From Dialister sp. (lineage in GTDB: Bacteria > Bacillota > Negativicutes > Veillonellales > Dialisteraceae), in contig NZ_CP181256.1 of assembly GCF_047832375.1 (NCBI RefSeq), positions 2,235,750-2,299,749 on the forward strand: a stretch of DNA of 64,000 nucleotides. Reading direction: 5' to 3'. Below are positions 26,537-36,545 of the stretch, one piece after another. The translations under genes and the position numbers were made by a program. Below the pieces are notes generated by a model. The model searched no databases and was not told the DNA's origin. It worked only from the letters and a program-made list of their open reading frames with translations. Positions within the stretch are counted from its first letter, which is position 1. Each line of letters starts with the position of its first letter.

Positions 26537-27010
26537 TCAGTCTTCAATGCTGATGACTTTATACTTCAGCACACCATTCGGTGCTTCTGCTTCCACGATA
26601 TCTCCTGCCTTGGCTCCCATGAGAGCACGGCCCACCGGAGATTCATTGGAAATCCGGCCTTCGAAGGGGTTGGATTCCGTGGAGCCCACGATGGTTACCT
26701 TTTCCTGCAGGTGTTCTTCCATATCTTCGATAAGAACGGTGGAACCTACATCCACGCGGCCCTTGGCTGCCTTTTCAATGACCTGGGCAGTGCGGATCTG
26801 CTGTTCCAGCTGGAGGATGCGGCCTTCCAGGAAGGCCTGGGCATTCTTTGCTTCATCGTATTCGGAGTTTTCGGAAAGGTCGCCCATTGCGATGGCGGCT
26901 TTCAGACGCTGGGCAATTTCTGCACGTTTTGTGGAACGGAGTTCATCCAGTTCCTTTTTCATTTTTTCCAGGCCCTCTTTGGTGACCAGGGTACGCTGCA
27001 CTTCTGCCAT
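26537..27010 (-). CDS. greA: transcription elongation factor GreA
   Basis: 157 aa: coiled-coil N-domain and C-terminal ...SPVGRALMGAKAGDIVEAEAPNGVLKYKVISI. Confidence 0.95.
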   Translation of the reverse strand: MAEVQRTLVTKEGLEKMKKELDELRSTKRAEIAQRLKAAIAMGDLSENSEYDEAKNAQAFLEGRILQLEQQIRTAQVIEKAAKGRVDVGSTVLIEDMEEHLQEKVTIVGSTESNPFEGRISNESPVGRALMGAKAGDIVEAEAPNGVLKYKVISIED

Positions 27011-27142
27011 GACAATCTTCCTCTTTTCTTTAAATATACTTCTTATATTACCTTATATAGCGATTTCCTAAACAGGGCATATTTCATAGTATATAGCAAA
27101 TGCGCGGCTCCAGTCAAACGGAATTGGGAAAAGAAGCATGGT

Positions 27143-27405
27143 GGCTATTGCGGTTTGTCGAGCTGATGAGGGGGCTGATGGATAGAGTCATTCGTGCGGG
27201 GGCTTCTAGCTTCTAGCCGCTAGCTTCCAGGAAGGCTCTACAGCCTACGGCACGAATGACTGGCGGAAATACCGGATGGGAAGCGCCGCAGGCTGGCCAG
27301 CTTTCCTAGCAGCTAGAAGCTAAAAGCTAGCAGCCCCGTGCCCAGTGACTCCGTCCGTTAGCATGCTTACCGCCAAATCTCAACAGCTCGCAATACTGAA
27401 ATTGG
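27143..27405. repeat. Family A repeat copy A10 (full, centre forward)
   Basis: GGCTATTGCGGTTTGTCGAGCTG ... CAGCTCGCAATACTGAAATTGG. Lies in the divergent spacer between greA and the porin gene. Confidence 0.9.
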
Positions 27406-27777
27406 CAGTGCTCCATTTCTTATTATAAGGAAAATATAATAGGCCGTTATTAATTTATTCTATATCATCATTTAAGCTTTACCTGTTTTTGACATAATCT
27501 GCCGGTTTTCTGATATGGCGAACCCCTATCGCCACCGGTTTCAACAAAACATTCATGATGTTTGGATATTTTACAATCCGGTGACAGAAGAGCCGGGTTA
27601 TTTTTACAATGTTGTTACCTTGATTTTACTCGATAAAATCTGACAAAATTGCCTGTTCCGATGGGACGATGCTATAGTAAAGACAATGTTTTTCAGATTG
27701 AAAATTTTTATAAAATTTCCGTCTGTCCTCTATTGGTTCCCGGCCTTCGGGCCCCTGTTCTTTCAAAGGAGAAACTC

Positions 27778-29088
27778 ATGAAAAAGCTGACTGTACTTTC
27801 TGCTGCCCTTCTGATTGCCTGCGACGCATCCGCCATGGCTGCCAACCCGTTTTCTGACGTAAGCCCCGATGACTGGGCTTACCTGGCTGTATCTGACCTG
27901 TCTTCCCAGGGTGTGGTGGAAGGCTACCCCGATGGCACCTTCAAAGGGGAGCGGAACATGACCCGCTACGAACTGGCCCAGATCATTGCCCGGCTCATGG
28001 CCAAAGAAGACCAGCTGAATGCAGACCAGAAGGCCACCTTGGACAAACTGGCCGGTGAATACGCCGATGAGCTTGCCAATCTCGGAGTCCGGGTATCCAA
28101 CCTGGAAAAGAAGGTGGGGAATACTTACTGGTCCGGCGATGCCCGTATGCGGTACCTGAGCGATGCCACCATGGATTCGAAGACCGGTGTCAAAAAAGGA
28201 GATGTCTGGGATGGCCGTATCCGCCTCAACGTAAAGGGGAAAGTCAATAAAGATACCTACGTAAAGGGCCGTTTCCTGACCAACATGTACTTCAAAAATG
28301 GCAAATCCGACGATGGAGAGACCTCCATGGACCAGTTATTTGTGAATCATAAATTCGGCGATTTCCAGGTCCGCCTGGGCCGCCAGCCCATTGTTATCGG
28401 CAACCAGAAAGGCTGGCTCTACGGAAAGGCCATCGGCTATGACGGTGCCCAGCTTTCCTACGGTAAAAATGACTGGGACGCTGCAGTAAAATACGGCCAG
28501 TTCAACGGCGGCTGGAATAAAGTCAAAGGCAAATCGCCCATAGAAGGGGCTGACTTCTTTGCAGCCGCTGCAGGCTACCATTCTAAATCCTTCAAGGCCA
28601 ATGTGGAATACCTGAAATTCCAGAGTAAGACAGACGGCATTGATAATCCTTCCATCATTGGCGGTGGCATCGATATCCCCTTTGCTGAAAAATGGAACCT
28701 CTTCGGCGATTACTATAAGAATACCAATGCAAAAACCGACTATGACACCGGATGGAATGCAGGTCTTTCCTACGGGAAACTGAACAAGAAGCATCCGGGC
28801 TCCTTCGACCTGTCCCTCGCTTACTTCGATGTAGACCGGGAAGTATACTTCGGCGGCACCATTCTCCAGACGAACTACCTGAATAACCTGGCCGATTCCT
28901 TTGGCAGCAAAGCGGAGAAAAAGGGCAGCCGGTACCAGACTGACAACCTCCGGTTCTGGAACCTGGAAGGGGACGTGGCTCTTCTGAAGAACGTATACCT
29001 CCACGGGGAATATGCCTTTGCCGGTAAAGCAAAACACGGTGAGGATCCCGATGATGGCTGGACCCTTTCCCTGAACTATAACTTCTAA
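27778..29088 (+). CDS. SLH-domain outer-membrane porin (OmpM-like)
   Basis: Signal peptide MKKLTVLSAALLIACDASAMA, SLH motif FSDVSPDDWAYLAVSDLSSQGVVEGYPDGTFKGERNMTRYELAQIIARL, coiled-coil, then a beta-rich C-terminus ending ...LSLNYNF. Start behind an AAAGGAG RBS (track start 27649). Confidence 0.85.
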   Translation: MKKLTVLSAALLIACDASAMAANPFSDVSPDDWAYLAVSDLSSQGVVEGYPDGTFKGERNMTRYELAQIIARLMAKEDQLNADQKATLDKLAGEYADELANLGVRVSNLEKKVGNTYWSGDARMRYLSDATMDSKTGVKKGDVWDGRIRLNVKGKVNKDTYVKGRFLTNMYFKNGKSDDGETSMDQLFVNHKFGDFQVRLGRQPIVIGNQKGWLYGKAIGYDGAQLSYGKNDWDAAVKYGQFNGGWNKVKGKSPIEGADFFAAAAGYHSKSFKANVEYLKFQSKTDGIDNPSIIGGGIDIPFAEKWNLFGDYYKNTNAKTDYDTGWNAGLSYGKLNKKHPGSFDLSLAYFDVDREVYFGGTILQTNYLNNLADSFGSKAEKKGSRYQTDNLRFWNLEGDVALLKNVYLHGEYAFAGKAKHGEDPDDGWTLSLNYNF

Positions 29089-29180
29089 GGAGAACTGAAA
29101 AAGCAGCAAAAGCACCGCAGCCGCCGAAAACTTGTGAAGACTTCCCCGCTGCGGCACTGCTGTTTTTTTGAAACTATTCT

Positions 29181-30137
29181 ATGCAGATTACCTTACAGAA
29201 TATCAGCAAACAATTCAATGGAAAACCGGTGATCCACAATATATCCATGGTCATCAGGGACCACAGCTTTACCACCCTTCTGGGGCCTTCAGGATGTGGG
29301 AAAACCACGCTGCTCCGTATGATTTCCGGTCTGGAAACGCCGGACCAGGGTGAAATTACCCTTGGAAATACCTGCGTTTTCTCAGATAAGCACCATATTT
29401 CCGTGCCGCCGGAAAAGCGGGGGCTTTCCTACGTATTCCAGGATTTCGCCCTGTGGCCCCACATGACGGTACAGGAGAATGTATCCTTCGGACTGAAAGC
29501 CACCGGGAAAACGGACCACCTGGAGGACGATACGGCGGAGGCTCTCCGGGCCGTGAAGCTGGAGGGTCTGGAAAACCGCTATCCCCACGAGCTCTCCGGA
29601 GGCCAGCAGCAGCGGGTAGCCCTGGCCAGGACCATTGCGCCCCATCCGGACTGCATCCTCTTCGATGAGCCCCTCTCTGCCCTGGATGCGCTGCTCCGTA
29701 TCCGCATGAGGAGTGAAATACGAAATCTCGTAACCCGCCTCGGCATTACCGCCGTCTTCGTCACCCATGACCAGGAAGAAGCCATGAGCATGAGTGATGA
29801 AATCGCCGTGATCCATGAAGGACGGATAGAGCAGCAGGGCGTGCCGGAATGCCTCTATTTCCATCCGGCCACTTCCTTTATTGCCCATTTCATCGGCTCT
29901 TCCAACTGGATCGACCCAAAGCACCTGTTCCGCCCGGAAAAGGCCCACACCACGCCCCGGGATGGATGCCGGCCATTTACAGCCCGGGTGGATGCCGTCC
30001 GGTTCCTCGGCCACTCCTATGAACTGTTTCTTACCCACGGAAACGAGAAATGGATTTACTGGTCCCCCCGCCCGATTCCCAAAGACACCCTCATGAGCCT
30101 TTACGTCCTTGACAAGGACATCATTACTATTAAATAA
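29181..30137 (+). CDS. ABC transporter ATP-binding protein (FbpC/PotA-like)
   Basis: Walker A GPSGCGKTT, signature LSGGQQQRVALAR, Walker B ILFDEPLSALD. Confidence 0.9.
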   Translation: MQITLQNISKQFNGKPVIHNISMVIRDHSFTTLLGPSGCGKTTLLRMISGLETPDQGEITLGNTCVFSDKHHISVPPEKRGLSYVFQDFALWPHMTVQENVSFGLKATGKTDHLEDDTAEALRAVKLEGLENRYPHELSGGQQQRVALARTIAPHPDCILFDEPLSALDALLRIRMRSEIRNLVTRLGITAVFVTHDQEEAMSMSDEIAVIHEGRIEQQGVPECLYFHPATSFIAHFIGSSNWIDPKHLFRPEKAHTTPRDGCRPFTARVDAVRFLGHSYELFLTHGNEKWIYWSPRPIPKDTLMSLYVLDKDIITIK

Positions 30138-30147
30138 GGAGAAAATC

Positions 30148-31167
30148 ATGACAAAAATGAAGAAACTTGCTATTCTTGCTGCTGCCTGCTGCCTTGCCCT
30201 CAGCATTTCCGCCTGTGGGACAAAGACCGGCGGCGCTTCCAAAGCCGCTTCCAGCGCTGCGGCGGGAGGCGATAAGAAAGTAACCGTCTACATGCCTTCC
30301 CCTGCCGGCCTCTCCCAGAAGCTGGCAAAGGGATTTGAGAAAAAGACCGGCATAAAAGTAGAAGTCTTCCAGGGTACCACCGGTGAGATTCTGGCCCGTC
30401 TGGAAGCGGAGAAAAACAACCAGGCCGCCGATGTGGTTGTACTGGCTTCCTGGTCCGACGGCCTGTCCCTGAAAGGAAAGAACGTACTGGTTCCCTATAA
30501 ACCGAAGGGTGCCGATAAGATGGTCAAGGACTTCGTGGATAAGGACAACGAACTCTGGGGATACAGCGCTTCGGCGGTCGGCGTCATTTACAACAAAAAT
30601 GTATATCCGGAACTCCACGCAGACTGGAACGAACTCGCAGACCCCGCCTATAAAGACAACCTGGCCATTCCGGATCCCCAGAAATCGGGGGCCTGCAAAG
30701 ATTTCCTGGCAGGATATGTCAATAAATACGGCTGGGATGCCCTGGAAGGCATGGCTAAGAACGGCATGACCGTGCCCGGCGCCAATAAAGCGGCAGTAGA
30801 AGCGGTAACCACCGGAGAAAAGGGAATTCTCGTGGCCGGCGTGGACTACAATGCTTACACCGCCATCAAGAAAGGGGAACCTCTGGCTATTTACTATCCG
30901 AAGAGCGGTACCATCGTGAACCCACGGCCTGCCATGATCATGAAGAATGCGCCCCATGAAGAAAACGCCAAACAGTTCATGGACTACCTCCTGTCCGATG
31001 AGGCCCAGCAGCTGGTGGCCGACGCCTACCTGATTCCGGGACGGAGTGACGTCGAAGCCAAGGGTACCCCACTCTCCAAGATCCCACAGATTAAACCGGA
31101 ATGGGACAAAATGATGGCTATTGCTTCCGACACTGCCGCCAAACTGAATGCTCTCTGCGGAAAATAA
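30148..31167 (+). CDS. ABC transporter substrate-binding lipoprotein (iron(III)/thiamine-type PBP2 family)
   Basis: Lipobox LSISAC; Fbp/Afu-like body. Start MTKMKKL behind an AAGGAG RBS (track start 30109). Confidence 0.8.
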   Translation: MTKMKKLAILAAACCLALSISACGTKTGGASKAASSAAAGGDKKVTVYMPSPAGLSQKLAKGFEKKTGIKVEVFQGTTGEILARLEAEKNNQAADVVVLASWSDGLSLKGKNVLVPYKPKGADKMVKDFVDKDNELWGYSASAVGVIYNKNVYPELHADWNELADPAYKDNLAIPDPQKSGACKDFLAGYVNKYGWDALEGMAKNGMTVPGANKAAVEAVTTGEKGILVAGVDYNAYTAIKKGEPLAIYYPKSGTIVNPRPAMIMKNAPHEENAKQFMDYLLSDEAQQLVADAYLIPGRSDVEAKGTPLSKIPQIKPEWDKMMAIASDTAAKLNALCGK

Positions 31168-31179
31168 AGAGGTCCTTCC

Positions 31180-32834
31180 ATGAACGGACGGAAACACATT
31201 TCCCTTCCCCTTCTGCTCCTTGGCGCCTGTCTTGTGTTCCTGGTCATCGCTCCCCTGGCCACGGTGTTTGTCAAAGCCCTCATCATTAATGACCACCTGG
31301 ATTTCTCCTTTGCCGCCGCTGCCCTGTCGGAGCCCCAGAATGCCAGGATGATCCGAAATTCCCTTCTTCTGGGGCTGGCAGTGGTCATCCTGTCATCCCT
31401 CATTTCCATCCCCCTGGCCTATCTCTTTTCCCGGACCCGGCTGGGGCGGCACAAGATTTTTGACCTTCTCTTTCTGGTACCCTTCATGACACCCCCCTAC
31501 ATCGCGTCCATGGGGTGGATTCTCTTCATGCAGAAACGGGGGCTCTTCTCCCAGCTTGTCCCTGCTTTTCCAAACGGCATCCCCCTGTTTTTCACCTTCG
31601 GGGGACTGGTACTGGTCATGAGTCTCCATATTTTTCCCTTCATGATGGTGCTCATGAAGAATGCCATGCTCCACATCCCTTCCTCCCTGGAAGAGGCCGC
31701 TGCCATTTCCGGTGCCGGCTACGGCCGGCGGCTCCGGAAAATCTTCTTTCCCCTCCTCACAGGAAACTACGTCATCGGTGCCCTTCTGGTCTTCGTGAAA
31801 ACCCTGTCGGAATACGGTACTCCTTACACCCTGGGGCGTCGCATCGGCTTTGACGTCTTCACCACGGATATCCACCGCTATGCCGCCGTGGCACCCATTG
31901 ACTTCGGAAAAGCGGCGGTGCTGGCGTCGGTGCTCGTCACCATCTGTATGGTACTGTGGCTGGTGCAGAACTACATCACCATTCACCACAGCTATGATCT
32001 CATCAGCGGCAAGGGCAGCCGTATGAAGATTCACCAGCTCTCCCTTCCCGGTGAAGTGCTGGCCACTCTCTATATCGGCCTCGTACTGGTGTTTCTATCG
32101 GGATCCCTTATTTTTCCGTCATTTCCACCTCCCTTATCCGGCTCCGGGGCTTTGGGCTAGCGGCAGGAAACTTTACCTTCCACCATTACGTGGAACTTTT
32201 CACGGACAGTGAAACTGCCCTCCCCGCCATAGGAAACAGTTTTCTCCTGGGCCTTCTGTCCGCCACCATCTGCGCCCTGCTGGGAACAATCATCGTCCTT
32301 ACCATCCGTTCCAACCGGTCCCGGTCCGGAAAAGTGCTGGAAGCCATGAGCCTGCTGCCGGAAATGCTTCCGGGCATCGTACTGGTCATCGGCCTCATGC
32401 TCTTCTGGAATGACATCTATGATATCCTGCCCCTGTACAACACCATGGGCATCATGGTTATCACCTACACAGCCCTCTTTCTCCCCTATACGGTACAGTA
32501 TGTGACCTCCGCCTCCACCCAGCTCAGCGAAAGCCTGCTGGAAGCAGGACGGGTATTTGGCGGATCCCGGTACTACATTTTCCGCCACATCACCTGTCCC
32601 CTCATTGCCCGGGGCATGGCGGCGGGCTGGATGATGACATTCATCATTGCCATCCGGGAACTGGTGGCCCCAAGTCTCATTGCCCCACCGGATACTCTTG
32701 TTATCTCTACATATATAATGAGAGAATTCGAACAGGGCAGTGTATCCCTGGGCATGTCCATGGCGGTGCTCTGCATCCTCCTCACTACCCTCTCCCTGAC
32801 GGCGGTCAAACTGCTGACGAGAAAGCTGAAGTGA
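31180..32834 (+). pseudogene. fused two-domain ABC permease (FbpB-like) with an apparent frameshift near 32092
   Basis: ORF 31180..32160 ends in out-of-frame sequence (...LVLVFLSGSLIFPSFPPPLSGSGALG*). The next frame reads ...VSIGIPYFSVISTSLIRLRGFGLAAGNFTFHHYVELFTDSE... continuously into ORF 32190..32834. The switch maps to GTGTTTCT (T3 run at 32092-32094). Confidence 0.7.
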
Positions 32835-32842
32835 AAAAGAGC

Positions 32843-33107
32843 GGACTATTGCGTTTTGACGAGCTATTGGGATTTGGCGGTTGGCATGCTTGCGGATAGA
32901 GTCATTCGTGCGGAGCTTCTAGCTGTTAGCTGCTAGCTTCTAGGAAAGCTGGCCAGCCTACGGCACGAATGACTGACGGGAATACCGAGTGGAAGCGCCG
33001 CAGGCGGATCAGCCTTCCTAGTTGCTAGCCGCTAGAAGCCAGAAGCTCCATGCGAGTGACTCTATCCACCAGCGTCGCCCCATTAGCTCGACAAACTGAA
33101 ATTGGCC
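32843..33107. repeat. Family A repeat copy A11 (full, centre forward)
   Basis: GGACTATTGCGTTTTGACGAGC starts 9 nt after the permease stop; right end CAGC..TCGACAAACTGAAATTGGCC. Confidence 0.9.
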
Positions 33108-33575
33108 TGTATTCACCCCGCTGGTGCCTGCCAGGGACTTATAAAATTATTCTCTAAGAACCACAAGAAAATATATTATTCTCATTTATTCTTTCATTTT
33201 CTCATTTCTCTAAAGAAATTTTGCCATTTGGGGGAATCTGGGACTTTTTCAGACCATTTTGGGTGGTACGGGGGCAAACCGTTTTTACCGGGTTTTTACA
33301 TTTTTGCATATTTTTACTGCATATCTGTTTATTTATACATCTTATTCATATCCGAAATTCAGGGGCAGACCCCGGAAGCGCCATGGTATGGGCATTCCGG
33401 GGTTTTGCTATTTCTTCCCATAAATTATCACAATACATTTTGATTTATCATTCCAATCCATACCAATCCATGATGGCTCCCATTTTTTACATTTTTCCTC
33501 CATTTTCCTTCAAAGTTCTCAAAAGTCCATGGTACTTCAGCGAAAAAAATTTACAATTTTCTTTTGGAAAAAGTC

Positions 33576-33604
33576 TTGTCATCTGTTTTCATTTATGGTA
33601 TATT
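33576..33604 (+). promoter_or_regulatory. candidate promoter for the antiporter leader
   Basis: TTGTCA (33576-33581), 17-nt spacer, TGgTATATT (33596-33604). This would give a ~230-nt leader. Confidence 0.45.
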
Positions 33605-33836
33605 GCAGTAAATAAAAATTCATCGCGCCCTGCCCCGTGTGCAGTTGAGCAGCGAACCGTTATAGAATAACGGATGGTTTTCTTTATGCCCTGTTTCTTT
33701 CACCTTTATTGAAAGCAAATGGGGTTCATGCATGCCTTGAAGCAATTCAGGACCTGCCTATCCGGTCAAACCGGGACAATATTTTTCCCCCGTCGCAGCA
33801 CGTATGCGAATTGGATCGAGAAAGAAGGGAACAACC

Positions 33837-35180
33837 TTGTCTAAAAGCAAAAAAATGGGAGTGGTACAGCTCACAACAGTCACCGCCATCAACATGATGG
33901 GTTCCGGCATTATTCTTCTTCCGGCCACACTGGCGGAAATCGGAACAATTTCAATTTTGGCGTGGATTCTTGCCTCCATCGGTGCCACCATCCTGGCCTA
34001 TGCCTTTGCCCGCTGCGGCATGCATACCAGCAAGGTAGGCGGCATGGGCGGCTACGCAGAGTACCGTTTCGGACGGGCCGGCAATTTCCTGTCCAACTTC
34101 TGCTACACCATTTCGCTGATCATTGCGAACGCAGCCATTGCCAGCGGTGTAGTCAGCTACGCAACCTATGTTTTCGGCCTCACCCTTTCCCCGGTGGAAG
34201 TCTGCATGGCAACCATTTCCGTTCTTCTTGTGGCAGCCACCATCAGCCTCGTGGGCCCGAAGAAATTCGGAAAATTCAGTTCCCTCGGCGTGTTCTGCGT
34301 CGTGGCTCCTGTGGTGGGCCTTCTCCTCTGCGGTTTCTTCTTCTTCGATACCAATATTTACCGGGAAGCATGGAACCCCGGAAATCTGCCCTTCTATGAA
34401 ACCATGAAGGACTCCATTGCCGTCATCATCTGGGCTTTCCTTGGACTGGAAACGGCCTGCGCCAACTCCGATACCGTTGAAAACCCGGAAAGAAATGTGC
34501 CCATTGCCGTCCTGGCCGGTACACTCCTGGCCGGTGCCTGCTACACCACATCCACTGCCATTATCGGCGGCCTCGTTCCTTACCAGGAACTCATGAACTC
34601 CGGTGCCCCCTTCGGACTCGCCTATGCTACCATGTTCGGCGACAAAGCAGGATACATCGTTTCCTGCATGCTCGTATGCTCCTGCTTCGTATCTCTTACC
34701 GCATGGCAGTTCACAGTTTCCGAAGTAGCCCGCGAAGCCTCTTCCATCGGCCTCTTCCCGAAGTTCCTGTCCAAGGTAAACCGTTTCCGTTCTCCCTATG
34801 TAGCCATCGGTACCCTGGTAGCTATCCAGATCGTCATGACCCTTTCCACCATGAGCCCCACCCTGCTGAAGCAGTTCAATGTACTCATTAACCTGGCCGT
34901 CATGATCAACCTCATTCCTTACCTCCTGGCCATGGCTGCGGTGGCGGACCTGCAGAAAGCGGAAGGCATTCCCCATGACAAAGCACGGCTTGCTAACATG
35001 GCTGCCATTGTGGGCGGTGTATACAGCTGCTACGCCGTATACGGCTGTGGCTGGACGGTGATCATGGAAGGCGCTTTCGTAGCTGCCATGGGACTGGTGA
35101 TTTACGCCATCGTCTCCTCGAAGCTCCGTTATGCCCCCTCTCCCCGGGTTTCTACTTACCCGCCGATTGATAAGAAATAA
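33837..35180 (+). CDS. APA-family basic amino acid/polyamine antiporter (AdiC/PotE/CadB-like APC transporter)
   Basis: N-terminus ...KKMGVVQLTTVTAINMMGSGIILLPATLAEIG, typical of APA antiporters; 12-TM length. Start uncertain: TTG 33837 behind AGAAGGGA, ATG 33804 or ATG 33855. Confidence 0.8.
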   Translation: MSKSKKMGVVQLTTVTAINMMGSGIILLPATLAEIGTISILAWILASIGATILAYAFARCGMHTSKVGGMGGYAEYRFGRAGNFLSNFCYTISLIIANAAIASGVVSYATYVFGLTLSPVEVCMATISVLLVAATISLVGPKKFGKFSSLGVFCVVAPVVGLLLCGFFFFDTNIYREAWNPGNLPFYETMKDSIAVIIWAFLGLETACANSDTVENPERNVPIAVLAGTLLAGACYTTSTAIIGGLVPYQELMNSGAPFGLAYATMFGDKAGYIVSCMLVCSCFVSLTAWQFTVSEVAREASSIGLFPKFLSKVNRFRSPYVAIGTLVAIQIVMTLSTMSPTLLKQFNVLINLAVMINLIPYLLAMAAVADLQKAEGIPHDKARLANMAAIVGGVYSCYAVYGCGWTVIMEGAFVAAMGLVIYAIVSSKLRYAPSPRVSTYPPIDKK

Positions 35181-35185
35181 TAATC

Positions 35186-35219
35186 AAAAACTCCCCGAGG
35201 AAAACCTTGGGGAGTTTTA
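35186..35219 (+). terminator. intrinsic terminator after the antiporter gene
   Basis: AAAACTCCCCGAGG-aaaa-CCTTGGGGAGTTTTAT. Confidence 0.8.
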
Positions 35220-35245
35220 TTATGGGACAATGAACCAGACCCAAT

Positions 35246-35506
35246 GACTATTTCAGTTTGTCGAGCTAATGGGGCGATGCTGATGGGTAGAGTCATTCGT
35301 GCGGAGCTTCTAGCTACTAGCCGCTAGCTTCTAGGAAAGCTGGCCAGCCTACGCACGAATGACTGACGGAAATACTGGGTGGAAGCGCCGCAGGCGAATC
35401 AGTCTTCCTAGCTGCTAGCCGCTAGAAGCTAGGAGCTTCATGCGAATGACTCTATCCGCAAGCATGCTAACCGCCAAACCCCAACAGCTCGTCAAACCGC
35501 AATTGG
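35246..35506. repeat. Family A repeat copy A12 (full, centre forward)
   Basis: GACTATTTCAGTTTGTCGAGC ... CAGCTCGTCAAACCGCAATTGG. Confidence 0.9.
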
Positions 35507-35536
35507 CAGGGCACCCATTTCCACCACTGCCACTTC

Positions 35537-35565
35537 TTGCAGCCCTTTCCCTTTTATGGTACAGT
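35537..35565 (+). promoter_or_regulatory. candidate promoter for the EamA transporter leader
   Basis: TTGCAG (35537-35542), 17-nt spacer, TGgTACAGT (35557-35565). Confidence 0.4.
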
Positions 35566-35620
35566 AAATCATATAAAACCGTTTCGGTTGTGGATTTTTT
35601 CAGAACTATCTGTTTTCGCC

Positions 35621-35653
35621 GCACAGTACAAGGGGTACTGTGCTTTTTCTTTT
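35621..35653 (+). terminator. terminator-like hairpin inside the EamA leader (candidate attenuator)
   Basis: GCACAGTAC-aaggg-GTACTGTGC followed by TTTTTCTTTT. It ends ~3 nt before the GGGAGGA RBS. Confidence 0.5.
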
Positions 35654-35666
35654 GGGAGGATTCATA

Positions 35667-36530
35667 TTGTCAAAAGGAATCTATGCTTTCATTGTTTTTG
35701 CGGCGGGCGCCTGTTATGGGATTCTGTCCACCTTTGTAAAAATCGCCTATGCCTCGGGGCTGGATCTCACTGATGTGACCGGGGTGCAGTGCTTTTTCGG
35801 TATGATATTCCTTTGGGCCGGCGTATTGTTTTCCAAAAAGAAACGGCCCACCCCCTTCCACGTACTGTCTCTCCTGGCTGTTGGAATTCCGATGGCATTG
35901 ACCACCATCTTTTATTACCGTTCCCTGGAGACCCTTTCTGCCTCCCTGGCGGTGGTCTTCCTGTTCCAGTCCATATGGATGGGGACTGTGGTGGAGGCAG
36001 TCCTTGCCCGCCATTTCCCCAGTCCCCTGAAATGCCTGTCCATTATCCTCTGCCTCGCCGGTACATTCCTGTCGGCCGGTTTTCTTGAAGGAGGCCAGCC
36101 CCTTTCCCTGTCCTCCGGCATGATATGGGGTCTCCTGGCCGCCCTTTCTTACACCGCCGTCATTACCGCCAGTTCCCTTTTGGGAGAAGGAATTCCTCCA
36201 GTCCTGAAGGGTGCCCTTATGGCTACCGGGGACACGGTTTTTACTTTTCTCATCCTGCCTCCTGTATTTATACTTACCCCCGCCCTGTGGCCCACGCTCC
36301 TTCCCTATGGTCTCCTTTTAGGACTCTTCGGCGTCGCCCTGCCGCCGTTCCTCCTTTCCTGGGGCATGCCCCACGTAGGTCCGGGACTGGGCAGTATCCT
36401 CGTGGCCTCCGAACTCCCTGTGGCCCTTGTGATGGCTCTCCTTGTGCTCGGAGAATCGGTGGCTCCCCTGCAGTGGGCCGGTATCGCCTGCATCCTCGGC
36501 GGAATCGTACTGGGAAACTGGTCGAAGTGA
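35667..36530 (+). CDS. EamA/DMT family transporter
   Basis: 10-TM profile with two EamA-like halves. Start proposed at TTG 35667 behind GGGAGGA (track start 35640). Confidence 0.8.
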   Translation: MSKGIYAFIVFAAGACYGILSTFVKIAYASGLDLTDVTGVQCFFGMIFLWAGVLFSKKKRPTPFHVLSLLAVGIPMALTTIFYYRSLETLSASLAVVFLFQSIWMGTVVEAVLARHFPSPLKCLSIILCLAGTFLSAGFLEGGQPLSLSSGMIWGLLAALSYTAVITASSLLGEGIPPVLKGALMATGDTVFTFLILPPVFILTPALWPTLLPYGLLLGLFGVALPPFLLSWGMPHVGPGLGSILVASELPVALVMALLVLGESVAPLQWAGIACILGGIVLGNWSK

Positions 36531-36545
36531 AAAGAAACCGTATGA

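Noticed and set aside
24569-27166. 865-aa + strand ORF, and many similar very long antisense ORFs (1262..2929, 11349..12374, 13913..14674, 14931..15866, 16089..17345, 20091..21497, 28336..29157, 29382..30242, 30130..31296, 33951..34976, 43480..45255, 47026..48231, 50239..51186, 54271..55494, 61937..63058)
   Set aside because: Each lies exactly opposite a gene with clear family motifs. This one even spans both lysS and greA. Their translations are H/G/F/V-rich with no motifs or RBS. Such shadow ORFs arise when the sense strand avoids the codons TTA, CTA and TCA.
33102-33670. ORFs 33102..33443 and 33221..33670 (+) in the AT-rich island
   Set aside because: Their translations are phenylalanine/isoleucine-rich and low-complexity, driven by T-runs. 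They overlap each other, have no RBS and have no recognisable domain.
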